Source of the DNA: Oikopleura dioica
Taxonomy: Eukaryota > Animalia > Chordata
NCBI GenBank assembly: GCA_907165135.1
Contig: OU015568.1
Coordinates: 5,394,001 to 5,458,000 of the forward strand
Length of the DNA: 64,000 bases
Direction: 5' to 3'
Numbering within the stretch: position 1 is the first letter of the stretch; every line of letters begins with the position of its first letter. The translations under genes and the position numbers were made by a program. The notes under the pieces are model-generated. The model made no database searches, was not told where the DNA came from, and saw only the letters and a program-made list of their open reading frames with translations. Of the stretch, positions 60,588-64,000 are shown piece by piece.

Positions 60588-63500
60588 TTAGAGGTTGAAC
60601 TGGCGAAAGCTTCTAGTAGAACGGCTTCGATTTCTTGTTGTTATTTGCGGTTGGAGGGGTAGAATTTCTTGGGACTGACTTTCTTGACTTCTGAAACGAT
60701 TGAAAATCTTCTTTGTCATTTGATATGAATACTTGAAGAGAAAATACAATATCGTTGCTACTGATAAAATGACGCAAACAGCCATGAGGTAAAATGATAG
60801 TGGTTTTACTTTCTTGTAGATTTTCGATAGTTCCGGATGTACTCTGTCCTCCGTTTCTTCCAGTTTCGAATACGTTTCCGGAGAAAAGTAGCTCGTTCGA
60901 TTTGCAAATTTTCCAATTTTCAAATAATCGGATTTTGATATCCATTGTTCGGCTCTAGAACGGATTCGTGAGTATGAGCTTGTTGTTTCCAGAACTATTT
61001 CTTCAGTCGACAATTTCGGAAGTGTCAGAATATTTGATCCACACATGAGCGCTTGTGAATTGGTTCGGTTGAGTAACGTGACAGTCGGTTCTTTCCCTGC
61101 AATTTCTTCATTTGTATTCAGTAGACTAGTTCTACGGAATGATGAGAGTAGAATTTGAGAAGGAGATGCTTGATAAATACATGGCGATGTTGATTGAAAG
61201 ACTTGTTTCGCGCAACTTGTCAGATTTGCGTGGTGAATAACTTGTCGGGCACATGTTTCACCGAAAGAGCTTCGCAGGACTTCGTCATATGTGCAAAAGA
61301 TTGAGCCTTCATTTTTGCAATTATCCAGAACTGTAATTTGCCCATCCAATTTCACAGACATCATTTTTGGGACGAGAGAGAACTCGTAGAAATAGTTTCC
61401 TTTTTCTTGGGCAATTGGTAGACCAATAGAGAGTGTTCGAATTGCTTCGCCCAGGTGTTCAATAGAAGGCATTTTCACTTCAACCAGAATTTTCAGTGTC
61501 ACAAGTCCATTGTTGGTTACGATTGGTTCAATTCCATGGATTTTAGCTTTCTTCGATGTAACGAAATTTTCGCAAGCTGCAAAAGATTTGATGTTTGATG
61601 ATTGACACAGTTTGATTATAGTCGCCATATACAGTGAATGCTGATTTTGAGTACTTATGTCTGACAAAAAATTCATGACAGATAACTGGTATTGGACGAA
61701 AATGTCATTGACCAGCTCTAAGAACATTCTATCAGACAGTTTCCCAAGTTCTTCGCATTGCCTTTCAGTTACTGTGTTCACTGTCTCGTAGATATGATCG
61801 AATTCGAAATCAATTTTTTGAATATCAGATTGTACGAGTTGTGTTAGATCTTTTTGCTGGAGCGATGACAACTGGACGGTTTTTCGTACATTTTCGATTT
61901 TCTCATTCTGCTTTCTGTCCATGATTTTGTTTGTAACAAAGCTTGTCGCTCCAGACAGCAGTATCGGAACGCCAACGGCAGCTAGGATTTGAGCTTGACG
62001 CCTTCGACGGCTTCTTGGCTTTCTGTGAGGTGGCACCACTTGATACTTGACGTCATATTTTGTAGTTCCATGTTCGGCGAGAAAAGTTTTGAAGGTTTCG
62101 CAATTGTTTTTACTAAGTCTGATTGAGAATAATAGAAAATATCGTTCGACACAGTCGAGGCAAAAGAAGCCGCTAGGGACTTCACAATTGACTTCTATAT
62201 AATCCTCGAGATGGGTGCGACATTGAACGACATAAGGTGGTTGCCTCGGAAGTGTCAGTGAATCTTCTAAATATTTATCCATGTAGTTTTTATTGAGCCG
62301 TATTTGTTTTGCCTTCAGTTTATACAATTCCAAAATATCAAGATAGGTGGTCTTGTGGTGTTCGAGCCAATCCTTTGTTTGGTCTGAAACATCTAGCGAT
62401 ATTCCAATTGTATGAATAGGTTTTGACAGTTCGATGATTGTTTGCAATTCAAACGCATCAGAACAGGAGTGTTCTGGCAACCGAATCTTGTGTCTTACGC
62501 TTCCATTTCGGTAAACGTTTTCTAGCAGCGAGTGTAATGTTTCGTTCTTCAGATACGGCAAATAAGTGTCATTTTTTGAGTGAAAAGTGTTTAGCCAGAG
62601 TTTGTTCGCGGTTGCAATCGCTCGACTTTCTCCTAGATCGTTGAACAGACTTGATCCAAATTGGGTGATAATGCCGAGAATATTTCCTTCAGAATCTGCT
62701 TCGTTGGTCGCTGTTGTTGTCTTTTCGGTGCTAACAGGTTCAATTGCTGATTTTGTTGTAGTTTTGGTCGTAGTGATCGGTTTTTCGTCGATTTTGCTAA
62801 CCGTTTCATCCAGCGATTCATCATAAAGCAGAAAAATTTCTTCGATTCGGAGTGATAAGCAGGATTTCGTTTCGTTTTTATGATCAGCATTGATGACTGT
62901 TGGACCGACGAACTCGACAGAGAGAGAAGCAGATTTTGTGGGCATAGCTGTAACTTTTGTAAGACCCACGTATTCCAAAATCTGCGACGTTACTGAACCT
63001 TCGTTTGATTTCCATAAACATTCGTCTAATAAATTGTCGAAAGCATTTGTTTTGAAGATAACGCTGTTGAATTCTTCGATGGACGTTATTCGAATGACAT
63101 GCAAATTTTCCAAAGGAGCGCATTGTTGGAAATGAAATTGCGAAAATTCAGTGCTCTTAAGCGAGAGTCTTTTTTCGTTTGGAAATACAAATTCAACTTC
63201 AAAATTCAGTCTACGTTTGACTTCTTCGGGCAGGATGACTTTCTGATTTGTGACTGTAATTTCGTTGGGACCAAGAGGAACTTCGATGTCTAGTTTCAAC
63301 CAATTTTCCATCAATTTTTCTACGTACTTTCTTGCCATTGTAGTAATATTTCTATTGCTTGAAGAGCAAGAAGACCATGACTTTTCAGGAATTATTGGTG
63401 CGGGAAACGTGAATGAAAGATTCGATGGAGTTTCACTTTGAACAAGGTAAACTTGTTCTCCTGGAATTTGGTATGTGATGACTCCGTTTGTCGAGGTGAC

Positions 63501-63599
63501 ATTTGAGATGATTGATGATGCGTTTGTGGTTGGTAAAAACGGGAAAAGGAATAAGCAGTGGAGCAGCGCGTTGATGGCCAGGATCATTCCGAGCCTCAT
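60588..63599 (-). CDS. env: Envelope glycoprotein, 1003 aa, intact
   Basis: Signal peptide, RKPRSRRRR cleavage site, fusion-peptide-like ILAAVGVPILLSG, heptads, Cys block homologous to env 1, TM FYLMAVCVILSVATILYFLF. Confidence 0.9.
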   Translation of the reverse strand: MRLGMILAINALLHCLFLFPFLPTTNASSIISNVTSTNGVITYQIPGEQVYLVQSETPSNLSFTFPAPIIPEKSWSSCSSSNRNITTMARKYVEKLMENWLKLDIEVPLGPNEITVTNQKVILPEEVKRRLNFEVEFVFPNEKRLSLKSTEFSQFHFQQCAPLENLHVIRITSIEEFNSVIFKTNAFDNLLDECLWKSNEGSVTSQILEYVGLTKVTAMPTKSASLSVEFVGPTVINADHKNETKSCLSLRIEEIFLLYDESLDETVSKIDEKPITTTKTTTKSAIEPVSTEKTTTATNEADSEGNILGIITQFGSSLFNDLGESRAIATANKLWLNTFHSKNDTYLPYLKNETLHSLLENVYRNGSVRHKIRLPEHSCSDAFELQTIIELSKPIHTIGISLDVSDQTKDWLEHHKTTYLDILELYKLKAKQIRLNKNYMDKYLEDSLTLPRQPPYVVQCRTHLEDYIEVNCEVPSGFFCLDCVERYFLLFSIRLSKNNCETFKTFLAEHGTTKYDVKYQVVPPHRKPRSRRRRQAQILAAVGVPILLSGATSFVTNKIMDRKQNEKIENVRKTVQLSSLQQKDLTQLVQSDIQKIDFEFDHIYETVNTVTERQCEELGKLSDRMFLELVNDIFVQYQLSVMNFLSDISTQNQHSLYMATIIKLCQSSNIKSFAACENFVTSKKAKIHGIEPIVTNNGLVTLKILVEVKMPSIEHLGEAIRTLSIGLPIAQEKGNYFYEFSLVPKMMSVKLDGQITVLDNCKNEGSIFCTYDEVLRSSFGETCARQVIHHANLTSCAKQVFQSTSPCIYQASPSQILLSSFRRTSLLNTNEEIAGKEPTVTLLNRTNSQALMCGSNILTLPKLSTEEIVLETTSSYSRIRSRAEQWISKSDYLKIGKFANRTSYFSPETYSKLEETEDRVHPELSKIYKKVKPLSFYLMAVCVILSVATILYFLFKYSYQMTKKIFNRFRSQESQSQEILPLQPQITTRNRSRSTRSFRQFNL

Positions 63600-64000
63600 T
63601 TCCGCGGCCTCAGATTGTATTTTCTTGTGCCTTCAGTCGTGTCTGGATCGCTGATGTTTTCTTGATTCTTTAGAGGGTTTTTGAAAGTAATGTCTAAAAT
63701 TCCCTTTACCCCTTCTAAGGCTTTTGGCCCGATTTCACGTGTTTTTGCATCAAAGATAATCGAATCATCAATTATCAGTTTCTTTTTATCATCTTCCGTG
63801 AGGTAAATTTTCGAGAGAAATCTTGTGTTTCGTTGGTACATTCGTCCGGTAATGAGGCTTTTGATGATTACATTGTTGTTTTGCTTTTTCTTTTTGACGA
63901 TAAAAGGTCCTTCATTCCCTTTGGAATGACCAACTAAACTTGATTCGCGGAGAACACAAATGTCGCCTTCATCGTAAATGTCTTGGTCGTTGACGGGCTC
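63596..64000 (-). CDS. pol: Pol, integrase C-terminus, partial
   Basis: Open frame to the window edge: EGDICVLRE..EGPFIV..RKYNLRPRK*, parallel to EGDFVVVRD..RGPYEV..RRYNLRR* of element 1. Confidence 0.85.
   Translation of the reverse strand, partial: EPVNDQDIYDEGDICVLRESSLVGHSKGNEGPFIVKKKKQNNNVIIKSLITGRMYQRNTRFLSKIYLTEDDKKKLIIDDSIIFDAKTREIGPKALEGVKGILDITFKNPLKNQENISDPDTTEGTRKYNLRPRK

Larger units (their letters stand above)
58290..64000 (-). mobile_element. Second env-bearing Ty3/gypsy (Tor-like) element, 5' part beyond the window
   Basis: Integrase C-terminus, env and accessory ORFs. The 3' boundary is a guess: candidate LTR ~58290-58632 (TG..CA, AATAAA on the minus strand). Confidence 0.75.

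Noticed and set aside
1-64000. tRNA, rRNA or snRNA genes
   Set aside because: None recognised by eye. tRNAscan-SE or Infernal would be needed to exclude them.

Overview
AT-rich eukaryotic DNA. Very short (about 35-50 nt) introns, at least one GA-AG intron and env-bearing Ty3/gypsy elements point to the larvacean tunicate Oikopleura (inference, no database check). 2.4-27 kb is compact host gene space: a tandemly duplicated Cys-rich/kelch-like gene (copy A broken by an hAT insertion, copy B apparently intact), an SDR, ZDHHC6, puromycin-sensitive aminopeptidase and a second Cys-rich/kelch-like gene. A PLA2-like gene follows at 26.5-29 kb. 29-40 kb is gene-poor and full of modular palindromes and TTAA-flanked foldback elements. 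41534-55157 is a complete Tor-like LTR retroelement with identical 256-bp LTRs, gag, pol and env. It also carries a 3' accessory region with a sense ORF, an intron-containing antisense gene and a divergent sense ORF, and it sits between two copies of a 1.2-kb host segment. A second, divergent env-bearing element runs on the minus strand from about 58.3 kb off the right edge, with the same head-to-head accessory layout. Strongest candidates for something undescribed: the antisense spliced gene and divergent accessory cassette in these elements, the stop-start coupling of gag-pol-env, and the REP-like modular palindrome family.
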